Below are positions 9,619-20,149 of a stretch of DNA of 64,000 nt, one piece after another. The DNA is from an uncultured Chloroflexia bacterium (lineage in GTDB: Bacteria > Chloroflexota > Limnocylindria > Limnocylindrales > CSP1-4): assembly GCA_963720755.1 (NCBI GenBank), contig CAVRGP010000015.1, forward strand, positions 320,001-384,000. The letters run 5' to 3'. Numbering within the stretch: the stretch's first letter is position 1; the number at the start of each line of letters is the position of its first letter. Below the pieces are notes generated by a model, which was not told where the DNA came from, did not search any database, and was given only the letters and a program-made list of their open reading frames with translations. The position numbers and the translations under genes are program-made.

Positions 9619-10506
9619 ATGTCACGGGTCCTCGACGAGCCCCGCATCGCCCGGGTCATGGCCGTCCTGGACATCTACGGTGGGGCGGCCGGCGGCCTGT
9701 TGGCCAATGGGCTTGCCTTTTCGTCGTTGTTCGCGGCCATCCCCACGACGCTCCTGGTACTGGGTATCGCGGGCTGGCTCACCGGTGACGAGGCGATCCG
9801 GTCGACCGTTGCCGAGCGGCTCGTCGAGGCATTCCCGCCGCTCGCCGATCTGATCGAAGGGTCACTCGATGCGATGACGAAGGGTGCCGCATTCACCTCG
9901 ATCCTCGGCATCGTGGGCCTCGTCTGGACGGTCAGCCAGCTCTACGCCGCGCTTGATGTGGCGTTCTCCCGGATCTACTGGGAGGACCCCCAGCGGGACA
10001 TGGTCCGACGGACCGCTCGCGGCCTCGTCGTCGTCGCCATCCTCGTCATCGGGATCGTCGGGTTCGTCGTGGTGACGTCGCTGGCCGCCGCGCTCGACGC
10101 CGTGGCGCCGCAGATCCCGATGGTCAGCGGTCTCACCGATCTGGGTGGCTCGCTACCAGTCCTCGCACTGATATCGATCGGTTCGGTTCTGGTGATCTAT
10201 CGAACCCTGCCACCGCGTGCCCCGCGCTGGCGTTCCGCACTCATCCCCGCGGTGGTCGTCGGGCTGGTCATCGTGATCCTGAGCCAGATCTTCACCTTCC
10301 TCGTGCCGAGGTTGGTGGGCGTGGCAGCCCTGGCTGGATCGCTCGCCTCGGCCTTCGTCGCGTTGGCATGGCTGTCCTTCACGATCCAGGCGTTGCTGTA
10401 CGGCGCGGCCTGGGTTCGCGTCCGTGAGGAAGGCCCGGAAGCGGCTCGGTCAGCCCGCCTGGGGAGTACCGCAGCGTCGACAGAACCGGGCGGTAGCCGA
10501 CAATGA
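9619..10506 (+). CDS. YihY/BrkB family membrane protein
   Basis: LAFSSLFAAIP, LYAALDVAFSRIY, YRTLP, LLYGA; about 6 TM helices. Confidence 0.85.
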   Translation: MSRVLDEPRIARVMAVLDIYGGAAGGLLANGLAFSSLFAAIPTTLLVLGIAGWLTGDEAIRSTVAERLVEAFPPLADLIEGSLDAMTKGAAFTSILGIVGLVWTVSQLYAALDVAFSRIYWEDPQRDMVRRTARGLVVVAILVIGIVGFVVVTSLAAALDAVAPQIPMVSGLTDLGGSLPVLALISIGSVLVIYRTLPPRAPRWRSALIPAVVVGLVIVILSQIFTFLVPRLVGVAALAGSLASAFVALAWLSFTIQALLYGAAWVRVREEGPEAARSARLGSTAASTEPGGSRQ

Positions 10507-11820
10507 CAGCCCGCAACTGACGCAGGGCTGGACGCCGCCGGCCTTGGTCGGGGCCGCCGTGTCGACGACATCCTTCGTCGACGCCGCCCAGATGGCGTCC
10601 ATGCCGCCCTGTGGCGCGGCGGGGCGATCGAGGAACGGAAGACCATTGGCCGGGGCGCCACCGAGCCAGGCAGGTCGAGTCGGCCATTGCGGTTCGCTGG
10701 TAGGCTTCGCGGTCGCCGCGGCGGGAATCTGCCCTGACCCGTTGGCTGGATCCACGGGTCTGGTGTCCACGTTGGGGTCGGGTGCGACCATCTGCCAGAC
10801 AGGCTGGGCGATCACGTCGCTCGACTCGACCGAGGCAGCCGCTGCGAATTCGGCCTCCGGTTCGGCCACGGCCTCCGGTTCGGCAACGACCTCCGGTTCC
10901 GCCGTGGCCGCGATCTCCGTCTCGGCGACCTCGGGGGCTTCGGCCACGACCTCTGCTTCGGCCACGACCTCCGGTTCCGCTGCGACTTCGATCGCCGGTT
11001 CGGCGACAAGGGCTTCCGGTTGGACGACGGTCTCCGGCTCGGCGACAACCTCCGGCTCGGCGACCGCGGCGGCGGCCATCTCCACGGCCGCCATGTGCGC
11101 TGCCGCGTGCTCACGCTCGTACGCCTCCAGTTCGGAGTCGAGATCGCGCACGGCCGGAGGCGGGGTCGACGCGCTTGTATCGGATCCCTCGATATCGGGC
11201 GATGCGACGTCGAGCGTGGTGTCGGGTGCGATGGGCGCGGTCTCGAGCCCGATCATCTCGGTCGGCCTGACGTCCGCCTCGGCGGCCGGCGCGTCGATCG
11301 ATGCGAAGCCGGTCAGGGCCGCCAGCCGGCCCGCCACATCGATCTCGCCCCCGTGGTCGGCCGCACTGTCGATCGTATCGCCGTCGTGTGCGGTGCCGTT
11401 CGATCCGTTCGATCCGTTCATGCCGGGATCGGCGAGGACGGCTTCGTCCAATGTGACGGCGCCGACCGGGAGACCGGGGAAGGGCGCCGGCATGATCTCA
11501 TGGCCGAGGTGAGGCGCGCACGTCAGGCAGCGTGCTTCGGCCTCGTTCCAGCAATTCGGGCACGTGTACTGCCGGCAGGACATGCAGAAGTTGAAGGTCT
11601 TGTGGAAGGCATCCAGCTGGGAGGCCGTGGCGTCGCGATCGGTCTCGCTCCTGGCGGCCGCCATCGCCTCGTCCATGGAGGTGCCGTCCGACATGACGAA
11701 GTTCTTCAGGCCCCGCGACAGCACTTTCACGCCGGTCAGGCGCTTTCGCGGGCGCTCAGATTCGAAGGTGTAGCGCGTGCCACACCGTTCGCAGAAGGAT
11801 TCAGTCAGGATCTCGGTCAT
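10450..11820 (-). CDS. Multi-zinc-ribbon protein with acidic low-complexity linker
   Basis: CERC; CMSC-CPNC-CLTC; C-terminal CVSC...CRRCG; EPEVVA repeats. Confidence 0.75.
   Translation of the reverse strand: MTEILTESFCERCGTRYTFESERPRKRLTGVKVLSRGLKNFVMSDGTSMDEAMAAARSETDRDATASQLDAFHKTFNFCMSCRQYTCPNCWNEAEARCLTCAPHLGHEIMPAPFPGLPVGAVTLDEAVLADPGMNGSNGSNGTAHDGDTIDSAADHGGEIDVAGRLAALTGFASIDAPAAEADVRPTEMIGLETAPIAPDTTLDVASPDIEGSDTSASTPPPAVRDLDSELEAYEREHAAAHMAAVEMAAAAVAEPEVVAEPETVVQPEALVAEPAIEVAAEPEVVAEAEVVAEAPEVAETEIAATAEPEVVAEPEAVAEPEAEFAAAASVESSDVIAQPVWQMVAPDPNVDTRPVDPANGSGQIPAAATAKPTSEPQWPTRPAWLGGAPANGLPFLDRPAAPQGGMDAIWAASTKDVVDTAAPTKAGGVQPCVSCGLSLSATARFCRRCGTPQAG
10850..11065 (-). repeat. Degenerate 18-bp coding tandem repeat (EPEVVA-like)
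   Basis: Recurrent GAACCGGAGGTCGT-type units encoding EPEVVAEPETVVQPEALVAEP... Confidence 0.7.
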
Positions 11821-12003
11821 CGGGTCACCGGTTGCGCGCGGATATCACTCGTCCGGATTGCCCGGTTCGAGCGGGTTGAGAGTATATCGCAGCGCTACGA
11901 GTGCCCCTTCCCCCGTGGGTACTCCACCAAGACGCCGAATGTCCGGGGCAGGGAGATGCCGGACCAGCGTTTTCGGACCCTCTGCTAGACTCCGCCACCG
12001 ACC

Positions 12004-12789
12004 ATGCCGGCCCTTGATTCTGTCGAACGGTTCTTCGAACGCCTGTTGGAGCGACCTTCAGCGCGGCTCTTCCGGGCTCGACTCCAACCGATCCAGATGC
12101 AGCGCAGGATCGAGCGCGCCATGGAGGGCGAGCGACTCACGACGTCGGATCGGACCCTCGTACCCAACCGCTACAGCGTGCACCTGAACCCGGACGACCT
12201 GGCCGACTTCGGGGAGATGTCGCCGGTCCTGGCGTCCGAACTGGCAGACGAGGCCCTGGCGTTCGCTCGCAACCATCGCTACACGGTCGCGGACCGTCCA
12301 CAAGTCGACCTTGTCGCCGATCCACGGGTCGACCGCGCCGACATCCGAGTCGAGGCCCGGTTTGCCGAGGCGGTCGTCGGTCGGCCAGGTCACGGTCCGG
12401 TCGTTCTCGAACCGCAAGCCGGCGAGACTGCCATGGCGGGCGACCCGTCCGCGACCCGGGTCTTCACGGTCCCGCGGCCGACCACACCGCGGGCCGTCAT
12501 CCGGGTCATCGACCCCGATGGTCGGACGCACCAGGCCGTCGTCGCCCCAGGCGGACTCACGATCGGCCGGGCGACCGACAACGACCTGGTCGTGCGGGAC
12601 AACCGCGTCTCACGACATCACGGGCGGATCGTCGGGCGCCGTGGGACGCTCGTCTACGCGGATCTGGGCAGCACGAACGGCTCGCGGGTGAACGGCGTCC
12701 CGGTGACCGAGGTCGTCCTTGGAGTCGGCGATCGCCTCGAGGTCGGGGGGACCGTTCTCGTCGTCGAGGTCGCCGGGGCGTCGGCTTGA
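12004..12789 (+). CDS. fhaA: FhaA: DUF3662 plus FHA domain protein
   Basis: ERFFERLLE..LQP..VPNRYSVHL N-domain; FHA motifs IGR, SRHH, STNGS. Confidence 0.88.
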   Translation: MPALDSVERFFERLLERPSARLFRARLQPIQMQRRIERAMEGERLTTSDRTLVPNRYSVHLNPDDLADFGEMSPVLASELADEALAFARNHRYTVADRPQVDLVADPRVDRADIRVEARFAEAVVGRPGHGPVVLEPQAGETAMAGDPSATRVFTVPRPTTPRAVIRVIDPDGRTHQAVVAPGGLTIGRATDNDLVVRDNRVSRHHGRIVGRRGTLVYADLGSTNGSRVNGVPVTEVVLGVGDRLEVGGTVLVVEVAGASA

Positions 12790-13226
12790 TGGACGGTTTC
12801 ACCATCGTCCTGTGGACCGTCCGGCTGCTCTTCCTGGCCTTGCTGTACCTGTTCCTCGCCCGCGTCATCCGGGCGTTGCTTCGGGACCTCCGCGCGGCCA
12901 CCCGCGAGCCAGCGGATCGTCACGGGCGGTTGGTCGTCCTTGAATCCCCGAACGGCGAACCGGTCCCCGGGCACTCATTCGGGCTCGATGTCATCACGCC
13001 GCTCGGGCGCGATGTCAACAACGCCATCGTCATCGACGATGCCTTCGCCTCGGCCGACCACGCCGTGCTGACGTTCAGGGGTCAAAGTTGGTACGTGGAG
13101 GATCTGGACAGCACGAACGGGTCGTACGTGAACGGCCTGCGCGTGGACGGTGTCGCTCCGCTCGGTTTCGGGGACGAACTTCAGATCGGCCAGGTCCGGA
13201 TGCGGCTGGAGCGGGTGAACCCGTGA
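12789..13226 (+). CDS. fhaB: FhaB/FipA-like membrane-anchored FHA protein
   Basis: N-terminal TM (FLALLYLFL); LGR, SADHA, STNGSYVNG. Confidence 0.85.
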   Translation: MDGFTIVLWTVRLLFLALLYLFLARVIRALLRDLRAATREPADRHGRLVVLESPNGEPVPGHSFGLDVITPLGRDVNNAIVIDDAFASADHAVLTFRGQSWYVEDLDSTNGSYVNGLRVDGVAPLGFGDELQIGQVRMRLERVNP

Positions 13227-14653
13227 CGGTGACGGCGACCCGTGCCCGCCGGGATGGTGCGCGGTACCGCCTCCTGGGCCCGATCCGGCCACGGATGCGC
13301 TGGCTCGAGTTCCGTCTGCTGTCGCTGGTCGCGATCGCCGTCCTTGTCGGCAGCGTATCGCTCGAGCTCACGGTCGCCGGGCGATTCGGTCTGTATGACA
13401 CGCAACCGACTGTCATCTATCTCCTGGCCTTGGCCGCCGCGCATCTCGCGCAGGTCGCGGCCGGTCGGCGAACCGACCAGATCCTGTTGCCGGCGGTCGC
13501 GATGCTCGGAGGGATCTCGCTGTTGCTGATGCAGCGCCTGCCCCAGGATCTCGTCCGGCAGACGTTCCTCGGCGTCACCCTGAGCCTGGGCCAGATCCAG
13601 CTCGTTTGGCTGCTGTGCGGGATCGTGATCGCGACCACGGTCGGCATCGTGGTCCGGTCCGATCGTTGGCTGCGTGGCTACAAGTACACCTGGGCGGCGG
13701 TCGGGGTCGGGCTCCTGCTGATCACCTTCGTCCTGGGCACGGACGTCAACGGGCAGCGGCTCACCCTGCAGGTCGGCCCGATCGCCGGGCAGCCTTCCGA
13801 ACTGCTCAAGGTCATCCTCGTCGTGTTCCTGGCGGGCTACCTGTCCGAGAACCGTGCGCTCCTGGTCGAGCAGGACAGCCGGCTCGGGCCGCTCCGCCTG
13901 CCGCCGTTCGCCTACCTCGCGCCGATGGTGGTGATGTGGGCGATCGCCCTCGGGATCGTCGTCGTCCAGCGCGACCTGGGCGCGGCGCTGTTGTTCTTCG
14001 GCGTGTTCCTGGCCCTGCTCTATGTCGCCACCGGCCGGGTCAGCCTGGTCATCCTCGGATTGATCCTGTTCGTGCTGGGTAGCGCACTCATGGCGGTCCT
14101 CTTCCAGCACATCCGGACGCGCGTCGACGTCTGGATCGATCCATTTGCCGATCCGCTCGGCACCGGGTACCAGATCGTCCAGGCACTGCACGCCTTCGCT
14201 CGCGGCGGCCTGGTCGGGGTCGGCCTCGGGGCGGGTCTGCCCGAGATTGGGGGCATGATCACGATCCCGGAGGTGCACACGGACTTCCCGCTGGCGGCTC
14301 TCGGTGAAGAGCTCGGTATCGTCGGGGTCGTCGCGATCCTCGGCCTCTACCTCATCGTCATCGAGCGCGGCCTGCGGATCGGTGCGGCGGCTGCAGACGA
14401 CTTCCGGTCGCTCCTCGCGATCGGTCTGTCGTTGGTGATCGGCGTCCAGGCGTTCATCATCGCCGCCGGGAACCTCAAGTTGTTGCCACTCACGGGGGTC
14501 ACCCTTCCGTTCATCAGCTATGGGGGTTCGTCGATCCTCGTGAATTCGCTCGTGGTCGGGTTCCTTCTGGCGTTGTCGGACAAGGGCGTTGAGCCGCCGC
14601 CGGCCCCACGGGTCGGATCCCGCTGGCTCCGGCGTCGAACGGTGGCGGCCTGA
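13223..14653 (+). CDS. rodA: SEDS peptidoglycan glycosyltransferase RodA/FtsW
   Basis: QPSELLK, QRDLG, HTDF, GEELG, PLTGVTLPFISYGGSS. Confidence 0.92.
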   Translation: MTVTATRARRDGARYRLLGPIRPRMRWLEFRLLSLVAIAVLVGSVSLELTVAGRFGLYDTQPTVIYLLALAAAHLAQVAAGRRTDQILLPAVAMLGGISLLLMQRLPQDLVRQTFLGVTLSLGQIQLVWLLCGIVIATTVGIVVRSDRWLRGYKYTWAAVGVGLLLITFVLGTDVNGQRLTLQVGPIAGQPSELLKVILVVFLAGYLSENRALLVEQDSRLGPLRLPPFAYLAPMVVMWAIALGIVVVQRDLGAALLFFGVFLALLYVATGRVSLVILGLILFVLGSALMAVLFQHIRTRVDVWIDPFADPLGTGYQIVQALHAFARGGLVGVGLGAGLPEIGGMITIPEVHTDFPLAALGEELGIVGVVAILGLYLIVIERGLRIGAAAADDFRSLLAIGLSLVIGVQAFIIAAGNLKLLPLTGVTLPFISYGGSSILVNSLVVGFLLALSDKGVEPPPAPRVGSRWLRRRTVAA

Positions 14654-16149
14654 TGCTCGGATCCGGTCGGGATCGCCGACAGATCGGTCGGGCTACCGTC
14701 AACGTCGCGGTCGTCGTCTCGATCGGGTTCGCGCTCCTGGCCGTCGCCGCCGGCTACTGGGGCGTGGTCGCGGCACCATCGCTGGTCCGCTCACCCAACG
14801 ATGCCGCGGTCATCGCCGCCGCTCGCACCGTGCCTCGTGGATTGATCGTGGATCGGACCGGGAAGGTCCTGGCCAACAACCGGACCGACGCGAACGGAGA
14901 GTCGTATCGGGTCTATGCCGGCAGGGCGATCAGCCAGGTCGTCGGCTATGCGTCGCCGGTCTACGGCCGGGCGGGCCTGGAGCGCGCGTACAACGACGAG
15001 CTGACCGGTCTGTCCGGTGACGAGTTCTCGGACGCGTTCGGCAAGTTCGGCGCCGACCGGTACGACCCGAAGGACCTGACCCTGTCCCTGTCGCTCGACC
15101 TTCAGCGGGCGGCCGTGGCGGCACTGGGGAAGCACCGAGGCGCCGTCGTGATGCTTGATCCGCGGAATGGCGAGATCCTGGCCCTGGCCTCGACCCCGAC
15201 CTACGATGCATCCGGGATCGCCGATCCGCAGACGGCGCGAGCCACCTTCGAAGGGCTCCAGGGGGATCCCGCCTTGCCGCTCCTGCCGCGAGCGACGCTG
15301 GGACGGTATGTCCCAGGATCCGTCTTCAAGATCGTGACCGCGATCGCGGCGCTCGGGTCGGGCGCGATCACCGCCACGACCACCTTCGCGCAGCAGCCGG
15401 CGGCCGAGAAGAATGGCTTGCTCGTCGACGGGTTCCGCGTCCGCGACGGCCATCATCCGTCGACGGGTTCGACACCGCTCGATCTCGTCGCAGCGACCGA
15501 GGTGTCCTGCAACATCTTCTTCGCCCTGACCGGCCTCGCGACCGGCGGCCAGCAGCTGGTGGACTACGCGGACCGGATGGGATTCGGGTCGCCACTCCCG
15601 TTCGACCTGCCGACCGCGGTCTCGCAGGTGACGAATGGCGACGGATCGCAGCCTGGCGGGTTCACGGATGACGTGGAACTCGCGAACGCGTCGTACGGGC
15701 AGGCTGAGACGTTCGTGACCCCGCTCCAGATGGCGCTCGTGGCCTCGACCATCGCGAACGACGGCGAACTGGCCAGCCCGCGACTCGTGACCTCGATCAC
15801 GGGCGCTCGGAGCGGGACGAGGACCCTGGGGCCGACCTCGATGGGTCAGATCCTCTCGGCATCCGATGCACGCGAGATCAAGGCGGCCATGATCCAGGCC
15901 GTCGAGGGTCCGCTCGGTCGACAGTTCACCTCGGGAGCCAAGGTGCCAGGCGTGACGACGGCCGGGAAGTCTGGTACAGCCGAGCTGGGTGGATCCGGCG
16001 AGCCGCACTCGTGGTTCATCGGGTTCGCTCCGGCCGAGAACCCGACCGTCGCCATCGCCGTCCTCGTGGAGCAGGCGGGGCGGGGTGGGGAAGTGGCCGC
16101 ACCGATCGCGGGCGACCTCATGAGTCTCTATCTCGGGGCCGGCCGATGA
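14653..16149 (+). CDS. pbpA: Class B penicillin-binding protein PbpA
   Basis: PGSVFK (SxxK), SCN, KSG; N-terminal TM. Confidence 0.9.
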   Translation: MLGSGRDRRQIGRATVNVAVVVSIGFALLAVAAGYWGVVAAPSLVRSPNDAAVIAAARTVPRGLIVDRTGKVLANNRTDANGESYRVYAGRAISQVVGYASPVYGRAGLERAYNDELTGLSGDEFSDAFGKFGADRYDPKDLTLSLSLDLQRAAVAALGKHRGAVVMLDPRNGEILALASTPTYDASGIADPQTARATFEGLQGDPALPLLPRATLGRYVPGSVFKIVTAIAALGSGAITATTTFAQQPAAEKNGLLVDGFRVRDGHHPSTGSTPLDLVAATEVSCNIFFALTGLATGGQQLVDYADRMGFGSPLPFDLPTAVSQVTNGDGSQPGGFTDDVELANASYGQAETFVTPLQMALVASTIANDGELASPRLVTSITGARSGTRTLGPTSMGQILSASDAREIKAAMIQAVEGPLGRQFTSGAKVPGVTTAGKSGTAELGGSGEPHSWFIGFAPAENPTVAIAVLVEQAGRGGEVAAPIAGDLMSLYLGAGR

Positions 16150-16373
16150 CCAGCCCGGGCGACCCGCCGGATCCCGCCACTGGGCCGCCGTCCCAGCCGC
16201 GGCCGATCATCGAGCGGATCGGTCTCGCGGCCGTGGCCGCGGTCCTGGCGATCCTGTTCGGGGCAGTCGCCGCCGCGTCGTGGGTCGGTGGCGAGCTCTT
16301 TCTTGCGACCATGGGAGCGGTCGGCTGCGCCATGACCCTGTGGGTCGGGCTGATGACTCTGATCCGGGGCTGA
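16146..16373 (+). CDS. Small two-TM membrane protein
   Basis: ATGA-coupled to pbpA; two hydrophobic segments. Confidence 0.65.
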   Translation: MTSPGDPPDPATGPPSQPRPIIERIGLAAVAAVLAILFGAVAAASWVGGELFLATMGAVGCAMTLWVGLMTLIRG

Positions 16374-16376
16374 CGA

Positions 16377-17675
16377 TCAGGCCGCTGGCGCAGGCTCGGC
16401 GAGCAGTTCGCGGATGACCTGCTCGGACCCGTCGTAGTCACCTTCGCCGAAGTGCTCGTGGCGGATCCGTCCGGATTTGTCGACGAAGTAGAACGCGGGC
16501 CAGTAGTGGTTGGCGTAGCTGTTCCACGTCTTGTAGTCGGGGTCGAAAGCCACCGGAAAACGGACACCCTGGTCGACGACGGCCTGCCGGACGTTGGCGA
16601 GATCACGTTCGAACGACAACTCCGGGGTGTGCACGCTGAGCACGGTCAAGCCCGCGTCCGCATAGCGCTCGTACCAGGCCTTGACGTAAGGCTGGACGTT
16701 GCGGCAGTTGTAGCAGCCGAAGGTCCAGAAGTGGACCAGCACGACCTGGCCCTTGAGGGCGGCCAGGCTGAGCGGTGCCGAGTTGATCCATGCCGTGATG
16801 CCGTTGATCTCGGGTGCCGGGCCGAGATCTTCGAGCGGCACGGTCGCTGGCAGGTCTTGGGCGATCGGCGTCGGTAGGGCGGCATCGGCGGCGCCCGCGA
16901 CGGCCGATGCGCCACCACCCGATCGCGCAGCGCCGCCGAGATCGAGGAGCGCGTCCTGGACCGCCGGAGCCTTCTCGATGCCGTACAGGGCAGCGCTATA
17001 GCTGTCGGGAAGCGCCGCGGTCACCGCACCCTGCACCTGGTAGTCGAGACCCGTCGCGACCGCGATGGCACTCGCGAGCATGAGCGCACCGACGATCCGT
17101 CGACCCATCGGATCGGGACGCCGGACCACCGACCGTCCCCAGCGGGCGATGACCAGCATCGGGAGCCCGACGCCAGCCACGTAGGCGACCGCCACTGCTA
17201 CCGCCTCGGGAGTCGCACCGGCAGACGCGGCCAGCGCGATGACGCCGGCCATGATCGGGCCGACACACGGGGCCCACAGGAGGCCGAGCGCAGCTCCGAT
17301 GGTGAGACCGCCGAGGAACCCATCCGATCGACCCCGGGACGCCTGGATCCCACCCGCCCGCTCGGTCAACGGTGCGATGACCGCGGCCGTTCGGTCGGCC
17401 AGACGCGGTACGAGGAGCAGCAAGCCGAGGAACGCCAAACCGATCACTGCCAGCGCCCGGAGCCGATCCGTCGTCAGGCCCAGAGCGGCCAGGCCCGCGG
17501 CGAACAGGACCGCGGTCAGGACGAAGGCTGCTCCGAACCCGATGACCACACCGAGCGGGCGCCGCGCCCCCCCGCCGGTCGCCGACCCGAGGACCAGCGG
17601 GACGACCGGCAGCGTGCACGGGGCGATGATCGTGAACAGACCGGCGATGAACGCGGCTGGCAGCAGGATGATCAT
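16377..17675 (-). CDS. dipZ: DipZ-like CcdA/thioredoxin fusion
   Basis: APCTLPVVP and WAPCVGP in the TM domain; FWTFGCYNC, VHTPE and YWP in the thioredoxin domain. Confidence 0.85.
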   Translation of the reverse strand: MIILLPAAFIAGLFTIIAPCTLPVVPLVLGSATGGGARRPLGVVIGFGAAFVLTAVLFAAGLAALGLTTDRLRALAVIGLAFLGLLLLVPRLADRTAAVIAPLTERAGGIQASRGRSDGFLGGLTIGAALGLLWAPCVGPIMAGVIALAASAGATPEAVAVAVAYVAGVGLPMLVIARWGRSVVRRPDPMGRRIVGALMLASAIAVATGLDYQVQGAVTAALPDSYSAALYGIEKAPAVQDALLDLGGAARSGGGASAVAGAADAALPTPIAQDLPATVPLEDLGPAPEINGITAWINSAPLSLAALKGQVVLVHFWTFGCYNCRNVQPYVKAWYERYADAGLTVLSVHTPELSFERDLANVRQAVVDQGVRFPVAFDPDYKTWNSYANHYWPAFYFVDKSGRIRHEHFGEGDYDGSEQVIRELLAEPAPAA

Positions 17676-17849
17676 GCCGACCGAGTCTGCCGGGCGCCCA
17701 TGACGCGATGATGACGGACCGATCGCAGCCCGAACGAGACGGCTTTCTCGGAGGTCTTCTGTGTCGACGGGAACCATTCTGGCGTTCCGGGCGTACTATC
17801 TCTCGACTCACACCTCCCCCGACGACCCCAGAAACCGCGAGAGAGGCCG

Positions 17850-18857
17850 ATGACGAAGATCCAGGAAACCGGGGACAAGGTCCTCGCCAACGTCGAACGA
17901 GTCATCGTCGGCAAGCACCTCGAGGTCCGCCTTGCCCTGGTGGCCTTGCTCTGCCGTGGGCATCTCCTGATCGAGGACGTGCCCGGGACGGGCAAGACCG
18001 TCCTCGCGAAGGCCATCGCGCGGAGCCTCGGAGGATCGTTCCGGCGGATCCAGTTCACCCCCGACCTGCTTCCGTCGGACGTGTCCGGCCTGTCGATCTA
18101 CAACCAGAAGACGCAGGAGTTCGAGTTCCGGCCCGGACCCATCTTCAGCCAGGTCGTGCTTGCCGATGAGATCAACCGGGCGACGCCAAAGACCCAGTCC
18201 TCCTTGCTCGAGTGCATGGAGGAGCGCCAGGCCACGATCGACGGGACGACATACCCGATGCCGGACCCCTTCCTCGTGATCGCGACCCAGAACCCGATCG
18301 AATACGAAGGCACCTTCGCCCTGCCCGAGGCTCAGCTCGACCGGTTCATGCTCCGTCTGCGGCTTGGATATCCGCAACCGATCGAGGAGATCGTGATCCT
18401 CGACGAACAGAAGCGGACCCACCCTCTCGACGACCTGGACGAGATCCTGACCATCGACGACCTGCGCGAGATGCAGGCGGCGGTGCGCGAGGTCTATGTC
18501 GACTCGACCGTGTCCGACTACATCGTTCGATTGGTCAACGGCACCCGAAACCACCCGGATGTCTACCTTGGGGCGTCGCCCCGCGGCTCGATCGCGCTGT
18601 ACCGGGCCGGGCAGGCGATGGCCGGCCTCCTCGGTCGCGACTACGTGATCCCCGACGACATCAAGGCGCTCGCCGAACCGGCCCTGGCCCATCGACTGAT
18701 CATCAAGACCAGTTCATCGATCCACGATATCCAGGCCGGGCAGGTGATCCGTGAGCTACTTGATTCGACCCCGATCGACGGGATCCGCCCGACCGGTGGT
18801 GGCCCGACCGAACTGACCGGCACCGGCCGCGGGCGACCGACCGGGACGAGCGCCTAG
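17850..18857 (+). CDS. moxR: MoxR AAA+ ATPase
   Basis: [42 protein letters not shown]. Confidence 0.95.
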   Translation: MTKIQETGDKVLANVERVIVGKHLEVRLALVALLCRGHLLIEDVPGTGKTVLAKAIARSLGGSFRRIQFTPDLLPSDVSGLSIYNQKTQEFEFRPGPIFSQVVLADEINRATPKTQSSLLECMEERQATIDGTTYPMPDPFLVIATQNPIEYEGTFALPEAQLDRFMLRLRLGYPQPIEEIVILDEQKRTHPLDDLDEILTIDDLREMQAAVREVYVDSTVSDYIVRLVNGTRNHPDVYLGASPRGSIALYRAGQAMAGLLGRDYVIPDDIKALAEPALAHRLIIKTSSSIHDIQAGQVIRELLDSTPIDGIRPTGGGPTELTGTGRGRPTGTSA

Positions 18858-18892
18858 CGCCCGTCCAGCGAAGCAGCAGGAGACCCGTCCCG

Positions 18893-20149
18893 GTGATCCG
18901 CAAGCTCGAACTGCTGATCGTCGCCGTCGTCCTCGTCGTGGCGGCCTTCTCGACGGCTCTGCCGTTCCTGTTCTACCTGCTCTACCTCGCCATCCTGGTC
19001 GTGGGTGGCTCCTACGTCCTCGTTCGGCTGGGGTTGTCCGATCTCGAGGCCGGCTACGCGGTGAGCCAGCTCCACGGGCACGTGGGCGACCGGATGCGGG
19101 TGACCTACACGCTTCGGAACACGAGCCGGATGCCCAAGCCATGGCTCGAGATCCACAATCCGACGACGCTGCCGGGCGGTCTGCCGGGGCGGGCGATCAC
19201 CCTCGGGGGGCGATCCGAGCGGTCCTGGCTGATCCGAGCCCCATTGTCACGGCGTGGGCATTTCCGGATCGAACCGCTCCACATCCGGACAGGCGACCCA
19301 TTCGGGTTCTTCGAAGCGTCGGCCACGGTCGGCCAGGGCATCTCCGTCGTCGTCTATCCGCGGCTGGAGCCCCTGCCCAGGTGGCGATTGCCGACGGCGG
19401 CGCTCGAAGGCAGTCACGCGGCCCCGGTCCGGACCCTTCAGACCACGCCGATGGCGACGTCGGTCCGGCCCTACGCGCCGGGCGACGCGATGAACCGGAT
19501 CCATTGGAAGACCACGGCTCGACATGGCGAGATCCAGGTCAAGGAGTTCGACCTTGAGCAGACAGCGGACGCCTGGATCGTCCTCGACCTTCAACGCGCG
19601 ATCCAGGCCGGGCGCGGCGACGAGTCGACGGTCGAGGCCGCCGTCCGAGCCGCGGCATCGATCGCGGATCGCGCGCTCCAGGAGAACCGGGCGGTCGGGC
19701 TGACCGTCAATGCCGGTCGGGTCGCCTTTCTGCCACCGGACCGCGGGGGCCGACAGCACCTCAAGATCATGCAACTGCTGGCCGCCGTGGAAGCGGACGG
19801 CAGCGCTCCCTTGGTCGAGACACTGCTGACGACCGTCGGACGCCTGCGACGCGGGATGACGGCGGTGATCATCACGGCGTCCCTCGATCCGGCCTGGGTT
19901 CGGCCGCTCTACTCATTGCGGAACCGGGGCGTTGCCTGCGTGGTGGTGACCCTCGACGCGTCCGCGTACGAACACTTCGCCCATGATGCCGAGGCGGCCG
20001 CGGGCGGCGTCCCGTCGGAGCCGGACCCCGAGGCCGATGACCTGGCTGCCAAGCGATCACGAGCGCTGCAACATGCTCTCGCCGAGTACGAACTGCGCTC
20101 GCACGTCGTCACGCCCGGCCGTCCGCTCGGCGAGCTCCTGACCCGATGA
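18893..20149 (+). CDS. DUF58 (VWA-like) protein
   Basis: DPFG, VRPYAPGD..RIHWKTTAR, VKEFD. Confidence 0.9.
   Translation: MIRKLELLIVAVVLVVAAFSTALPFLFYLLYLAILVVGGSYVLVRLGLSDLEAGYAVSQLHGHVGDRMRVTYTLRNTSRMPKPWLEIHNPTTLPGGLPGRAITLGGRSERSWLIRAPLSRRGHFRIEPLHIRTGDPFGFFEASATVGQGISVVVYPRLEPLPRWRLPTAALEGSHAAPVRTLQTTPMATSVRPYAPGDAMNRIHWKTTARHGEIQVKEFDLEQTADAWIVLDLQRAIQAGRGDESTVEAAVRAAASIADRALQENRAVGLTVNAGRVAFLPPDRGGRQHLKIMQLLAAVEADGSAPLVETLLTTVGRLRRGMTAVIITASLDPAWVRPLYSLRNRGVACVVVTLDASAYEHFAHDAEAAAGGVPSEPDPEADDLAAKRSRALQHALAEYELRSHVVTPGRPLGELLTR

Noticed and set aside
12024-12037. CGAAC-GGTT-CTTCG, a LexA-like site
   Set aside because: Mismatched, inside the fhaA coding sequence, and explained by the ERFFE codons.
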